Of a stretch of 64,000 nt of DNA, positions 45,586 through 55,544 are shown piece by piece. The stretch lies in IMG/VR virus record IMGVR_UViG_3300024255_000002. One strand, written 5' to 3'. The first letter of the stretch is position 1. Every line of letters starts with the position of its first letter. Position numbers and translations under genes: made by a program. The notes under the pieces were generated by a model. That model was given only the letters and a program-made list of their open reading frames with translations. It ran no database searches and was not told where the DNA came from. The stretch is from a virus.

Positions 45586-47511
45586 ATGATGAAGAAGATA
45601 TTAACTCATTGGACAATCTCATTTCTTACCTTATTCATTGTTACATACATTGGATTAAAAGACCCTCAAATAAAAGAAGTATTAAGATTAAAAGGATTTG
45701 ATCTATTAATTCAATCAGAAAAAAAAGAAATTTCAAAAGACATACACGTTGTTAGTATAGATGAAAAGGCCATAGAGAAGTATGGACAGTGGCCTTGGAA
45801 AAGAGACGTACTAGCAGACGTAGTAAATCAATTAAGAGAAAAAGGTGCTGGTATAATAGTCATACCTATACTATTTTCAGAGTATGATAGACTAGGTGGT
45901 GATGAAACATTTATCAATACAATACATCAAAATGGTGTAGTCATAGCACAAACAGGAACAAATCAAACAAATAGAAACGCTGTGCCAAGAGGTGTTGCAA
46001 AAATAGGTGATCCGTTACCTTGGTTATTTGAATGGAATGGTATGTTAGGTCCTGTAAAAGAATTTGGTGATTATGCAGATGGTGTGGGTGTAACAAATAC
46101 GGCACCTGAAGTTGATGGAGTTGTAAGAAGAATACCTTTACTTATGAAAATAGGTGAAGATGTATATCCTGCTATGGCAATAGAAGTTATAAGAGTTTCA
46201 ACAGGTGCACCAAGTTATCAAGTTAAGGCAGGTCAAGGTGGTATTATTGCCATGAGAGTGCCTGGATATAAAACAATCAAAACAGACGCAAATGCTCGTA
46301 TCTGGTTAAGATGGAACAAATCATACTACACAACATCAATTGCAGATTTAGAAACTGAAGAATTGAGATTAGAGGGTAAAACAGTTATTATAGGAATGAA
46401 TGCTGAGGGATTAGGAAATATTATTGCAACTCCTGTAGGTGAAAGATATGCTTATGAATTAACTGCCTCAACTCTATCAACTGTACTAGATGGTAAAAAT
46501 ATAGAAAGAGTTGATATATCTTTTATAGTAGAATTAGCAATTGCATTTATAGTTGGTTTGATAATTATAATACTTACAAGATACACATCATATTTTATTA
46601 TTGCCTTTGCAATTATATTTTCAATTATAACTTCATTAGTATATTCTAAGTTTTTATTTAATCAAAGTTTAATGTTAACAGATGTTACATGGATTATATT
46701 TACAGTTGTAGTTGTAGGATTTCATAGTGTCTTTAATAGATTTATCTTAGAGTTTAAATTAAAACAACAAATCAGAAAACAGTTTGAGAAGTATTTGGAT
46801 CCTAGACAAGTTGCTATTCTTGTAAAGAATCCTGAGAAGTTAAAACTTGGTGGTGAAAGAAAAGAAATGAGTTTCTTGTTTATGGATATTGTAGGATTTA
46901 CACCTATTTCTGAACATTATAAAAACAAAGACGATCCAGAAGGATTAGTAGAAGTTATTAACGATTACTTAAATCGTATGAGTAAGATAGTATTAAAGAA
47001 TGGTGGAACAATAGACAAGTATATGGGTGATTGTATTATGGCATTTTGGAACGCACCACTTGATTGTCCTGATCATGCTGAAATGGCAGTTAAGACAGGT
47101 ATAGAATGTGCTAATGAAACAGATAAAATTAAAAAAGAATTTAGGGAGAGAGGTCTTCCTGATATCAATATAGGTTCTGGTGTAAATACAGGAACTTGTA
47201 TTGTTGGTAATATGGGTAGTGAAATGAGATTAGATTATTCAGTTATAGGCGATGCTGTAAACTTGGCGGCTAGACTTGAAGCCGCTACAAGGAACTATAA
47301 AAATAATGGCAAGGTTACACCTTTGATTTATTCTTCATACACAAAAGAAAAACTGAAAAACATTGAGTCAATTGAATTAGATAGAATATTTGTTAAGGGT
47401 AAAGAGGAGTTAGTAACCATTTATAAACCGTCAACAAACTTAATGGAGGGTTATGACTTTACTTCAACAAAGAAAGTTACGACTAATAGTAAAAAGGATA
47501 ACAAGAAATGA
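45586..47511 (+). CDS. CHASE2-domain class III adenylate cyclase
   Basis: IDEKAIEKYGQWPWKR and DGVVRRIPL (CHASE2); 3 TM; FMDIVGFT, IDKYMGD, RLDYSVIGDAVNLAARLE (K/D pair for ATP specificity). Confidence 0.93.
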   Translation: MMKKILTHWTISFLTLFIVTYIGLKDPQIKEVLRLKGFDLLIQSEKKEISKDIHVVSIDEKAIEKYGQWPWKRDVLADVVNQLREKGAGIIVIPILFSEYDRLGGDETFINTIHQNGVVIAQTGTNQTNRNAVPRGVAKIGDPLPWLFEWNGMLGPVKEFGDYADGVGVTNTAPEVDGVVRRIPLLMKIGEDVYPAMAIEVIRVSTGAPSYQVKAGQGGIIAMRVPGYKTIKTDANARIWLRWNKSYYTTSIADLETEELRLEGKTVIIGMNAEGLGNIIATPVGERYAYELTASTLSTVLDGKNIERVDISFIVELAIAFIVGLIIIILTRYTSYFIIAFAIIFSIITSLVYSKFLFNQSLMLTDVTWIIFTVVVVGFHSVFNRFILEFKLKQQIRKQFEKYLDPRQVAILVKNPEKLKLGGERKEMSFLFMDIVGFTPISEHYKNKDDPEGLVEVINDYLNRMSKIVLKNGGTIDKYMGDCIMAFWNAPLDCPDHAEMAVKTGIECANETDKIKKEFRERGLPDINIGSGVNTGTCIVGNMGSEMRLDYSVIGDAVNLAARLEAATRNYKNNGKVTPLIYSSYTKEKLKNIESIELDRIFVKGKEELVTIYKPSTNLMEGYDFTSTKKVTTNSKKDNKK

Positions 47512-47653
47512 AAAACAAAGAAAACTATACTTACTCAATACACACTGGCTCAAAATTAGGAAACAAAAGTTACGGAGACGCCGAAAAACATTTGTGAAAC
47601 TTTGGAAAATTAATCGATTAAGAGAAATAAGAAGCATGGCTAAAGCCGCATAA
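47453..47653 (+). CDS. Highly basic small hypothetical protein
   Basis: K/R-rich ORF; GGAGG SD upstream. Confidence 0.55.
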   Translation: MTLLQQRKLRLIVKRITRNEKQRKLYLLNTHWLKIRKQKLRRRRKTFVKLWKINRLREIRSMAKAA

Positions 47654-47667
47654 TAATAAATAGTAAC

Positions 47668-48132
47668 ATGGCAGAATTAACAGAAATACAAAAATTAGTA
47701 ACAGACGTTCGAGTTCTAAAGAATGAAGTTGAGCAAGTTTCTAATGTTAATACAAAACTTGATAGTGCTATTGACAAGTTGACAGATATATCTAGCAGTA
47801 TCAAGTCCATGTTAGCTGTCCATGAAGAAAAACTATCAAAACAAGAAGATATTGATAAAGCAATATTTAATCTAATGGAGAGTCGTAGAGTTGAGAGCGA
47901 ATCGAAATTTGAAGACTTACATGCCAGACTTAATAAATCTGTTAAAGAATTAAGAGACGATGTCGAATTATCAGAAAAACGTATTTTATGTGACTTAAAA
48001 GAATTAAAATTGAATTTATCTGATAGAGTAGGTGTCCTTGAAAAATATCGTTGGATAATCATTGGGGCATCTATCATTTTAGGACTATGGTTTCCACAAA
48101 TGGTAGACTTTACTAAAATAATTAAGATATAG
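47668..48132 (+). CDS. Coiled-coil protein with C-terminal TM
   Basis: Heptads, LAVHEEKL, LEKYRWIIIG TM; late-like AATAAATA upstream. Confidence 0.7.
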   Translation: MAELTEIQKLVTDVRVLKNEVEQVSNVNTKLDSAIDKLTDISSSIKSMLAVHEEKLSKQEDIDKAIFNLMESRRVESESKFEDLHARLNKSVKELRDDVELSEKRILCDLKELKLNLSDRVGVLEKYRWIIIGASIILGLWFPQMVDFTKIIKI

Positions 48133-48136
48133 GTGC

Positions 48137-48165
48137 TTGACTTTTTTGATGTTTTGATATATAAT
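48137..48165 (+). promoter_or_regulatory. sigma70 promoter for the primase-nrdAB operon
   Basis: TTGACT-N17-TATAAT. Confidence 0.75.
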
Positions 48166-48172
48166 ACTATCA

Positions 48173-49186
48173 ATGACTTCATACATCGATCTTAACTATA
48201 TTAGTAAACTACAACCTAGACTACAACAGTTTAAAAAGAAACGAGACTATCTTTTTAATTTTCGTTGTCCAGTCTGTGGTGATTCTAAAAAGAATAAAAC
48301 AAAAGCAAGAGCATACTTGTACAAAGTAAAAACAGATATGTTCTTTAAGTGTCATAATTGTGGGGCAGGACATAATTTGGCAAACTTAATAAAATTATTA
48401 GATAAACCTTTATACGATCAGTATGTAGTTGAACGATATAAAGGATCTAAACCTGTTAGTGAAAAAAGTTTACTTGATAAATTTAAAACTAACACAAAAG
48501 AAAGATTACAAACTTCACCTCTACAAGGGCTTACGCCTATAAAAGAATTAGATAATGAACATCCTGCTAAGAAATATGTTACAAACAGGAAGATTTCTGA
48601 ACAGTTTTTTGATAAATTATATTACTGTAAAAAGTTCCAAGATTATGTAAATAAGTTACGCCCAGAAACTTTTAGCAGTATAAATAAATCTTACGAACAT
48701 CCTAGATTAATCATTCCTTTCTATGATGTTGATAATGAAGTCTTTGCCATACAAGGCAGAGCATTTGGTAAAGAACAACCTAAGTACTTAACAATTAAAC
48801 TAAAAGAAAATAAACAAAAGATATTTGGACTTGAAAGAATAAATCTACATAGAAGATTATATATAGTAGAGGGTCCTTTAGATAGTTTGTTTTTAGATAA
48901 TTGCCTTGCCGCTGCTGGTGCAGATTTACAATTGCCAGTAGAAAAGAAAGATGTTGTTTTTATCTTTGATAATGAACCTAGAAATAAACAGATTATAGAT
49001 AGAATGTATAAGATGATTGAAAAAGATTATATGATAGTAATATGGCCCGAAGGACAAAAAGAGAAAGATATTAACGATATGATAATAAACGGCAAGACAA
49101 AAGAAGAAGTACAGAAAATTATTTCAGATAATACCTATTCAGGTTTATCCGCACTAACACAATTAAATTCATTCAAGCGTTGCTAA
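48173..49186 (+). CDS. gp61: DNA primase gp61
   Basis: FRCPVCGDS...CHNC zinc domain; TOPRIM motifs VEGPLDS, FDNEPRN, KDINDM. Confidence 0.95.
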   Translation: MTSYIDLNYISKLQPRLQQFKKKRDYLFNFRCPVCGDSKKNKTKARAYLYKVKTDMFFKCHNCGAGHNLANLIKLLDKPLYDQYVVERYKGSKPVSEKSLLDKFKTNTKERLQTSPLQGLTPIKELDNEHPAKKYVTNRKISEQFFDKLYYCKKFQDYVNKLRPETFSSINKSYEHPRLIIPFYDVDNEVFAIQGRAFGKEQPKYLTIKLKENKQKIFGLERINLHRRLYIVEGPLDSLFLDNCLAAAGADLQLPVEKKDVVFIFDNEPRNKQIIDRMYKMIEKDYMIVIWPEGQKEKDINDMIINGKTKEEVQKIISDNTYSGLSALTQLNSFKRC

Positions 49187-51516
49187 CACACAGAGAGGTA
49201 AAAATGGTCACAGTACAAGAGTCTATTAATGTTAAAAAAAGAAATGAAAGAGGACTAGAAAAATTAGATATTGATAAGATACACTCGATGGTAGAATATG
49301 CTGTAGAAGATATAACAGGTGTATCTGCTTCGCAAGTTGAAATGAATAGTGGATTACAATTCTTTGATGGTATATCAACGGATGAAATACAACAGATATT
49401 AGTTAAGTCTGCTTCAGATTTAATTTCTTTAGAAAATCCTAATTACACATATGTAGCAGCTAGATTGCTTTTATACGGAACAAGAAAACAAGTTTTTAGA
49501 AAGTTGTGGGATCACCCACACCTTTACGATCACACTAAAAAATTAGTTGGCATTGGATTATATGATGATGAAATACTAAAAAAATATGATCGTAAAGATT
49601 TTGATAGAATGGAAGGATGGATAAATCATGGCCGAGATTATGATTTTACCTATGCTGGATTAAGACAAGTTATAGACAAGTACTTAGTTCAGGATAGAAG
49701 TACAAATCAACTGTATGAAACACCACAGTTTATGTACATGTTAATTTCAGCAACATTATTTGCCAACTATCCGATAAACACGAGGATGAGTTATGTTAAA
49801 AAATATTATGAAGCAATATCCACTTTTAGAATCAATATACCGACGCCTGTTATGGCTGGTGTCAGGACTCCTTTACGTCAGTATGCTAGTTGTGTTTTGG
49901 TTGATACTGACGATACTCTTCCTAGTATCTTCAGCTCTGATATGGCTATTGGAAGATATGTCGCTCAAAGAGCGGGAATTGGAATCAACGCAGGACGCAT
50001 ACGTGGAATCAATTCAAGGATACGAGGTGGAGAGGTACAACATACTGGAGTTATACCGTTCCTTAAAAAGTTTGAGGCGACAGTTAAGTGTTGCACTCAA
50101 AATGGAGTAAGAGGAGGTTCTGCTACAGTTCACTTTCCAATATGGCACCAAGAAATAGAAGATATACTAGTTCTTAAAAACAATAAAGGTAGTGAAGATA
50201 ATAGAGTTAGAAAATTAGATTACTCAATACAATTATCAAAACTATTTTATGAAAGATTTATTGAAGACTCAGATATAACTTTATTTTCACCACATGAAGT
50301 ACCAGAGTTATATGAGGCATGGGGAACACCTGAATTTGATGATCTGTATTTAAAGGCAGAAAGAAAAACAAGTGTAACTAAAAAGAAAATAAATGCTCAA
50401 ACATTGTTTATGGACATGTTAAAAGAAAGAGCAGAAACAGGTCGTATCTATATTATGAATATTGATCACTGTAACACACACTCTAGTTTTAAAGATAGAG
50501 TTTACATGTCAAATCTATGCCAAGAGATTACGTTACCAACAACACCATTACAACACATAGACGGTGATGGTGAAATTGCATTGTGTATATTGTCAGCAGT
50601 TAATGTAGGTAAAATAAACAAAAGAGAAGAATTAGAAAATCTTTGTGACCTGGCAGTTAGATCATTAGATGAAATTATAGATCATCAACAGTATCCAATC
50701 AAGGCCGCAGAAATATCTACAAAGGCAAGAAGAAGTTTAGGTATTGGTTATATTGGTCTTGCACATTATCTTGCTAAAAAAGGTTACAAGTATGATCAGA
50801 AACTTGCATGGAAACAAGTTGATGAACTAACTGAGGCATTTCAGTATTATCTATTAAGTGCTTCAAATGAACTTGCAAAAGAAAAAGGTCAGTGTGATTA
50901 TTTTCATAGAACAAAATACAGTGATGGTATTTTACCTATTGATACATACAAAAAAGATGTTGATGAGGTAGTTCAAAGAGAATTGTCTTACGATTGGGAA
51001 CATTTAAGAAAAGAAATAAAAGAACATGGATTAAGAAATTCAACACTATCGGCACAAATGCCAAGTGAGTCTTCATCTGTTGTATCAAATGAAACAAATG
51101 GTATTGAACCACCAAGAGACTATCTAAGTGTTAAGAAGTCTAAGAAAGGTCCTTTAAAACAGATAGTACCAGAGTATAATAAATTAAAAAAATTTTATAC
51201 ACTACTTTGGGACATGAAAGGGAATGAAGGATATATAAATATCGTTGCAGTAATGCAAAAATATTTTGATCAGGCAATCAGTGGTAACTGGTCATACAAT
51301 CCTGAAAATTATGAAGATGGTCAAGTGCCTGTATCAGTAATGGCACAAGACTTATTACAAACTTATAAATTAGGTTGGAAAACTTCATACTATCAAAACA
51401 CATATGATAGTAAGAGAGAAGAAGAAGAACCAGCACATAACATTGGTTGGAAAGATGAACAACCAGAAACAAAAGAAGAGGACGATCCAGAAAACTGTGA
51501 TTCGTGTACAATTTAA
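49180..51516 (+). CDS. nrdA: Class Ia ribonucleotide reductase alpha subunit (likely start about 49204)
   Basis: ATP cone, PTPVMAG, SNLCQEI, MPSESSS, C-terminal CDSC. Confidence 0.97.
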   Translation: MLTHREVKMVTVQESINVKKRNERGLEKLDIDKIHSMVEYAVEDITGVSASQVEMNSGLQFFDGISTDEIQQILVKSASDLISLENPNYTYVAARLLLYGTRKQVFRKLWDHPHLYDHTKKLVGIGLYDDEILKKYDRKDFDRMEGWINHGRDYDFTYAGLRQVIDKYLVQDRSTNQLYETPQFMYMLISATLFANYPINTRMSYVKKYYEAISTFRINIPTPVMAGVRTPLRQYASCVLVDTDDTLPSIFSSDMAIGRYVAQRAGIGINAGRIRGINSRIRGGEVQHTGVIPFLKKFEATVKCCTQNGVRGGSATVHFPIWHQEIEDILVLKNNKGSEDNRVRKLDYSIQLSKLFYERFIEDSDITLFSPHEVPELYEAWGTPEFDDLYLKAERKTSVTKKKINAQTLFMDMLKERAETGRIYIMNIDHCNTHSSFKDRVYMSNLCQEITLPTTPLQHIDGDGEIALCILSAVNVGKINKREELENLCDLAVRSLDEIIDHQQYPIKAAEISTKARRSLGIGYIGLAHYLAKKGYKYDQKLAWKQVDELTEAFQYYLLSASNELAKEKGQCDYFHRTKYSDGILPIDTYKKDVDEVVQRELSYDWEHLRKEIKEHGLRNSTLSAQMPSESSSVVSNETNGIEPPRDYLSVKKSKKGPLKQIVPEYNKLKKFYTLLWDMKGNEGYINIVAVMQKYFDQAISGNWSYNPENYEDGQVPVSVMAQDLLQTYKLGWKTSYYQNTYDSKREEEEPAHNIGWKDEQPETKEEDDPENCDSCTI

Positions 51517-52622
51517 TGAAAACTGTATTTAACAAAGACAAGAAATTAAACACATTAAAACAACCAATGTTTTTCGGTGATGATTTAGCAGTTCAAAGAT
51601 ACGATAGTTTCAAGTATCCTGCTTTTGATAGATTGGCACAACAACAATTAGGGTTCTTCTGGAGACCTGAAGAAGTATCTTTACAGAAAGATAGAAACGA
51701 CTATGCTCAATTGACAGAATCACAAAAGTTTATATTTACTTCAAATCTTAAATATCAAACAATGTTAGATTCTGTACAAGGTAGAGGGCCATGTATTGCG
51801 TTTTTACCCTTTGTATCTTTGCCAGAATTAGAAGGTGCTATAGTTGCGTGGGACTTCATGGAGACCATTCATAGCCGCTCGTACACTTACATTATTAAAA
51901 ATCTGTACTCTGACCCATCTGAAGTATTTGATACGATTATAGAAGACGAGAAGATTGAGAAACGTGCAAAATCTGTCACTGAAGCATATGATAGATTAAT
52001 TGCTATAGGTTACAAGTATAAGTTGAACCCTAAGTCAGTTGATGAATATGAATTAAAAAAGGCATTATGGCTTGCTTTAGTAAGTGTAAACATACTTGAA
52101 GGATTAAGGTTCTATGTATCGTTTGCTTGTTCATTTGCATTTGGTGAATTAAAACTTATGGAAGGTTCTGCTAAGATATTATCTTTGATTGCTAGAGACG
52201 AAAGTCAACACCTTGCAATGTCACAAAATATAATTAACAATTATAGAAATAAAGAAAATGACAAAGTAATGAATAAGGTAATAAAAGATTGTGAAGAAGA
52301 GGTTTATAAATTATATGATGACGCAGTACAAGAAGAAAAACGTTGGGCAACTTATTTGTTTCAAAAAGGTTCTATGATAGGATTATCAGATAAATTATTA
52401 CATCAATATGTTGAGTACACAGCAAATAGAAGAATGAGATTTATTGGATTAACACCTAAATATGAACAATCAACAAGCAACAACCCACTACCATGGACAC
52501 AACATTGGTTTAATAGTCGATCATTGCAAAATGCTCCACAAGAAACTGAAATAGAAAGTTATGTTATTGGTGGTGTAAAACAAGATGTTAAAAAAGATCA
52601 ATTCAAAAAGTTTAAACTATAA
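51504..52622 (+). CDS. nrdB: Ribonucleotide reductase beta subunit
   Basis: FWRPEEV, ETIHSRSY, LEGLRFY, RDESQH, APQETE. Confidence 0.97.
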   Translation: MYNLMKTVFNKDKKLNTLKQPMFFGDDLAVQRYDSFKYPAFDRLAQQQLGFFWRPEEVSLQKDRNDYAQLTESQKFIFTSNLKYQTMLDSVQGRGPCIAFLPFVSLPELEGAIVAWDFMETIHSRSYTYIIKNLYSDPSEVFDTIIEDEKIEKRAKSVTEAYDRLIAIGYKYKLNPKSVDEYELKKALWLALVSVNILEGLRFYVSFACSFAFGELKLMEGSAKILSLIARDESQHLAMSQNIINNYRNKENDKVMNKVIKDCEEEVYKLYDDAVQEEKRWATYLFQKGSMIGLSDKLLHQYVEYTANRRMRFIGLTPKYEQSTSNNPLPWTQHWFNSRSLQNAPQETEIESYVIGGVKQDVKKDQFKKFKL

Positions 52623-52822
52623 TGATTAAAATTAAAAAAAATAAAGATAAAACAAATATAGCAGATTTAGAATGTCCTGAATGTGAGGAAGAATATTCTA
52701 TCAAATGGTATGACGAAGAAATAGAACCTACAACATGTCCATTTTGTGGTGCTGAGTCGTTAATTGAAGAAGAGGATGCTTATTTTGAACAAGACAAAGA
52801 CGACATTTCAGATTGGAATTGA
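52622..52822 (+). CDS. Small zinc-ribbon protein
   Basis: CPEC...CPFC with acidic tail. Confidence 0.7.
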   Translation: MIKIKKNKDKTNIADLECPECEEEYSIKWYDEEIEPTTCPFCGAESLIEEEDAYFEQDKDDISDWN

Positions 52823-53348
52823 TTATAGTTTAACAAGTCCTGCTATTTGTGTATGCAAAGGTGAGTTTGATTTTAAAAACTGTAATATATATTATTTAAC
52901 AAACGTAAAAAAATATGAAGGCAATTTTTATAATGGACAAATAAATGGTAGACTTCATTTACCCTATACCACCGAAACACAAAGACACGATCAAATTTCC
53001 GATTGGGCGATTGATATTATTAACGGCCATACTAACAATATTTTTATAGAAGGATATAGTTATGGTAGTAAAGGACTTGTATTTAATCTAGCAGAGAATA
53101 TGGGTACTTTAAAACATAAACTATATAAACTAAACAAAACATTTGAAAGTATTGTTCCAGGTAGAGTTAAAAAGATTGCCACAGGAAAAGGAAATGCAGA
53201 TAAACTTAAAATGTATTTGCAGTTTAAATCAGATACAGGTATTGACTTGATGAAAGAGTTTGATCAAACAAAACTAAATAATCCAGTTACAGATGTAATA
53301 GACGCTTACTATATAGCAAAGGCAGGATATGAAAATAATACAGTTTGA
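52764..53348 (+). CDS. RuvC-like (RNase H fold) nuclease
   Basis: IGIDYSLTSP, IEGYS, KKIATGKGNADK, DVIDAY. Confidence 0.75.
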   Translation: MKKRMLILNKTKTTFQIGIDYSLTSPAICVCKGEFDFKNCNIYYLTNVKKYEGNFYNGQINGRLHLPYTTETQRHDQISDWAIDIINGHTNNIFIEGYSYGSKGLVFNLAENMGTLKHKLYKLNKTFESIVPGRVKKIATGKGNADKLKMYLQFKSDTGIDLMKEFDQTKLNNPVTDVIDAYYIAKAGYENNTV

Positions 53349-54309
53349 TAAATCAAAAGCACCAACAGCCGTTTTAGACGCAATAAAATCAGAGCATGAA
53401 ATTATTAATCTATCAAATGTTAGTAAGTTTGATTATACACATTTTTATGAAATGAAAAATGCAGATTTCTTTATTAACAATGGAACATTTGGAAGTACTC
53501 ACCCTAAAAGAGAATGGAAACCAAATGCAGATAATCATAAACTAGCAGTTGGCAATCATAGAAACGATCTTGTTAATATGTTTGCACATCACTATGGTAA
53601 ACCAATTATTCACTTTGAAAGTGCTACACTTAGTAGAATTAAATGTAACTATATCAATAGATTTTACAAAAAAATATCACCAAGATTTTACAGAATGGGT
53701 TTAAATCATTGGGTGTTTAGTCATACTAAATGGTGCAAACCTATTAAAGGTAGATTAGAAAAAGTTTTAAAGTATATAGAAGACGAGAATATGATTAAGT
53801 TTCAAAATGTATTTAATCATAAATGGAAAAACAATAAAGACGGATATATTTTAATTCTACCTGGATTAGAAGATGATCCTACTAGTTCAATTCCTGTAGA
53901 TAAATTTGTTGAGCAATCAGTAAAAACACTTAAACAAATTACAAAAAGAAAAATAGTAGTTAAATCACATCCCCATAGTAAGTTGACTTATGACAATTTA
54001 GATGTTGAAGTATTAACTGGTGACAGTAGAATTGTTGATCTTAAAAAACAAGTTTATTGTGCTGTACTAGATAGTAGTACTAGTATATTTGAACTAACAG
54101 AATTAGGTATTCCTGCTATCACAACAAAACATAGTTTTGGAATGTTATTAGGTAATACAGATTTAACAAAGGTAGAGAACCTACACTATGCAAATAGTGA
54201 TGATGTTTTAAAATGGTATGAACGTATGGCTTCAACTGAATTTACTATATCAGAATATGAAGATAAAGATTTTATTTTTGCTAGAATGAAGGAGTTATTA
54301 AATGAGTAA
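53329..54309 (+). CDS. Capsule-polysaccharide (KpsS/KpsC-like) glycosyltransferase-like protein
   Basis: YILILP...VVKSHP...SSTSIFE...GIP pattern; start of the glycosylation island. Confidence 0.55.
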   Translation: MKIIQFDKSKAPTAVLDAIKSEHEIINLSNVSKFDYTHFYEMKNADFFINNGTFGSTHPKREWKPNADNHKLAVGNHRNDLVNMFAHHYGKPIIHFESATLSRIKCNYINRFYKKISPRFYRMGLNHWVFSHTKWCKPIKGRLEKVLKYIEDENMIKFQNVFNHKWKNNKDGYILILPGLEDDPTSSIPVDKFVEQSVKTLKQITKRKIVVKSHPHSKLTYDNLDVEVLTGDSRIVDLKKQVYCAVLDSSTSIFELTELGIPAITTKHSFGMLLGNTDLTKVENLHYANSDDVLKWYERMASTEFTISEYEDKDFIFARMKELLNE

Positions 54310-54859
54310 TATAAAGGGATTACCTAAACACTTAGGTGGGCATGGTAATGTAACACATATAGATTCTGGTTTATTGCAATTTGCAAAAGACGAATTGAAA
54401 TGTAAAACAATGTTAGATATAGGATGTGGACCAGGTGGTATGGTGCATGAGGCAAACAGATTAGGATTAAATGCAAAAGGTGTTGATGGTGATTTTATAA
54501 CTACAAGAGAAAAACCAGAATTGTTTATAATGCACGATTTCACAAAAGGTAAGTTAAACTTAGATGAAAAATATGATTTGATCTGGTGTTGTGAGTTTGT
54601 TGAACATGTTGAAAAACAATATGAAGACAATTGGATGAGTTTAATGCAAAAGGGAAAATATATATTTGTTACTTATTCAGAACCAGGTAAACCAGGACAT
54701 CATCATGTTAATTGTGAACCATTAGAGTATTGGATAAAACTATACGAAAAATACGGATTTAAATATAGAGAAGATTTAACAAAACAATCTAAAGAATTAT
54801 CTACAATGAAAAGAGAATTTTGGAAAGATACAGGATTAGTATTTGAAAATGTCAGTTAA
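54302..54859 (+). CDS. Class I SAM-dependent methyltransferase
   Basis: LDIGCGPG, GVDG, YDLIWCCEFVEH. Confidence 0.85.
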   Translation: MSNIKGLPKHLGGHGNVTHIDSGLLQFAKDELKCKTMLDIGCGPGGMVHEANRLGLNAKGVDGDFITTREKPELFIMHDFTKGKLNLDEKYDLIWCCEFVEHVEKQYEDNWMSLMQKGKYIFVTYSEPGKPGHHHVNCEPLEYWIKLYEKYGFKYREDLTKQSKELSTMKREFWKDTGLVFENVS

Positions 54860-55544
54860 ATTAGTTACAACATACAACGACACATTATATAAAGATTATG
54901 CTTTTAGATTTTTTCAGACCTATAACTGGAAGTTTGAATTAAAACATTATAATGAAGATAGAAATATGTATAATATTATTCCTGATTGTAAAAAGTTTGT
55001 TGAAAGAAATAAACATAGAAATGGACAATCATCATATAAAGAAAAAAATACAACCTTTATAAAAGATGGTGTAAGATTTTGTTATAAAGTTTATGCCTAT
55101 ACACATGAAATATTACAGGCAAGTAATGGTGTTGATGGTATCATAGGTATTGATGTTGACAGTGTATTCTATAAATCAATCGATGAAGATTGGATATATG
55201 AAAACATACACAGAGACGATTGTATGATAACTTATTTAGGGAGACCTAATTATAGTGAGACTGGTTTTTTATATTTTAATATGAAACATCCTGAAATTAA
55301 AAACTATGCCAGAGAAATGAAACGAATGTATGATGAAGATTTAATATACAATCTACCTGAATACCATGATAGTTACATTTGGGATCATGTAAGAAAACAA
55401 TTTGAAAGTAAAGGTGTTAAAAACTATAATATAGGTGATGGTAAAGGTGGACATATTCAAGCAAGATCAATACTAGGTTCTATATACGATCACACAAAAG
55501 GTCCTAGAAAACTAAAAGGTAGAAGTCCAGAGGCAAGAGCATGA
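54843..55544 (+). CDS. GT-A fold glycosyltransferase-like protein
   Basis: RFCYKVYA, IDVD (DxD), SETGF, YHDSY, DHTKG. Confidence 0.65.
   Translation: MKMSVKLVTTYNDTLYKDYAFRFFQTYNWKFELKHYNEDRNMYNIIPDCKKFVERNKHRNGQSSYKEKNTTFIKDGVRFCYKVYAYTHEILQASNGVDGIIGIDVDSVFYKSIDEDWIYENIHRDDCMITYLGRPNYSETGFLYFNMKHPEIKNYAREMKRMYDEDLIYNLPEYHDSYIWDHVRKQFESKGVKNYNIGDGKGGHIQARSILGSIYDHTKGPRKLKGRSPEARA

Noticed and set aside
17581-52622. Introns or inteins in gp43, gp41, nrdA and nrdB
   Set aside because: ORFs are continuous and of normal length, with no intein motifs or embedded homing endonuclease
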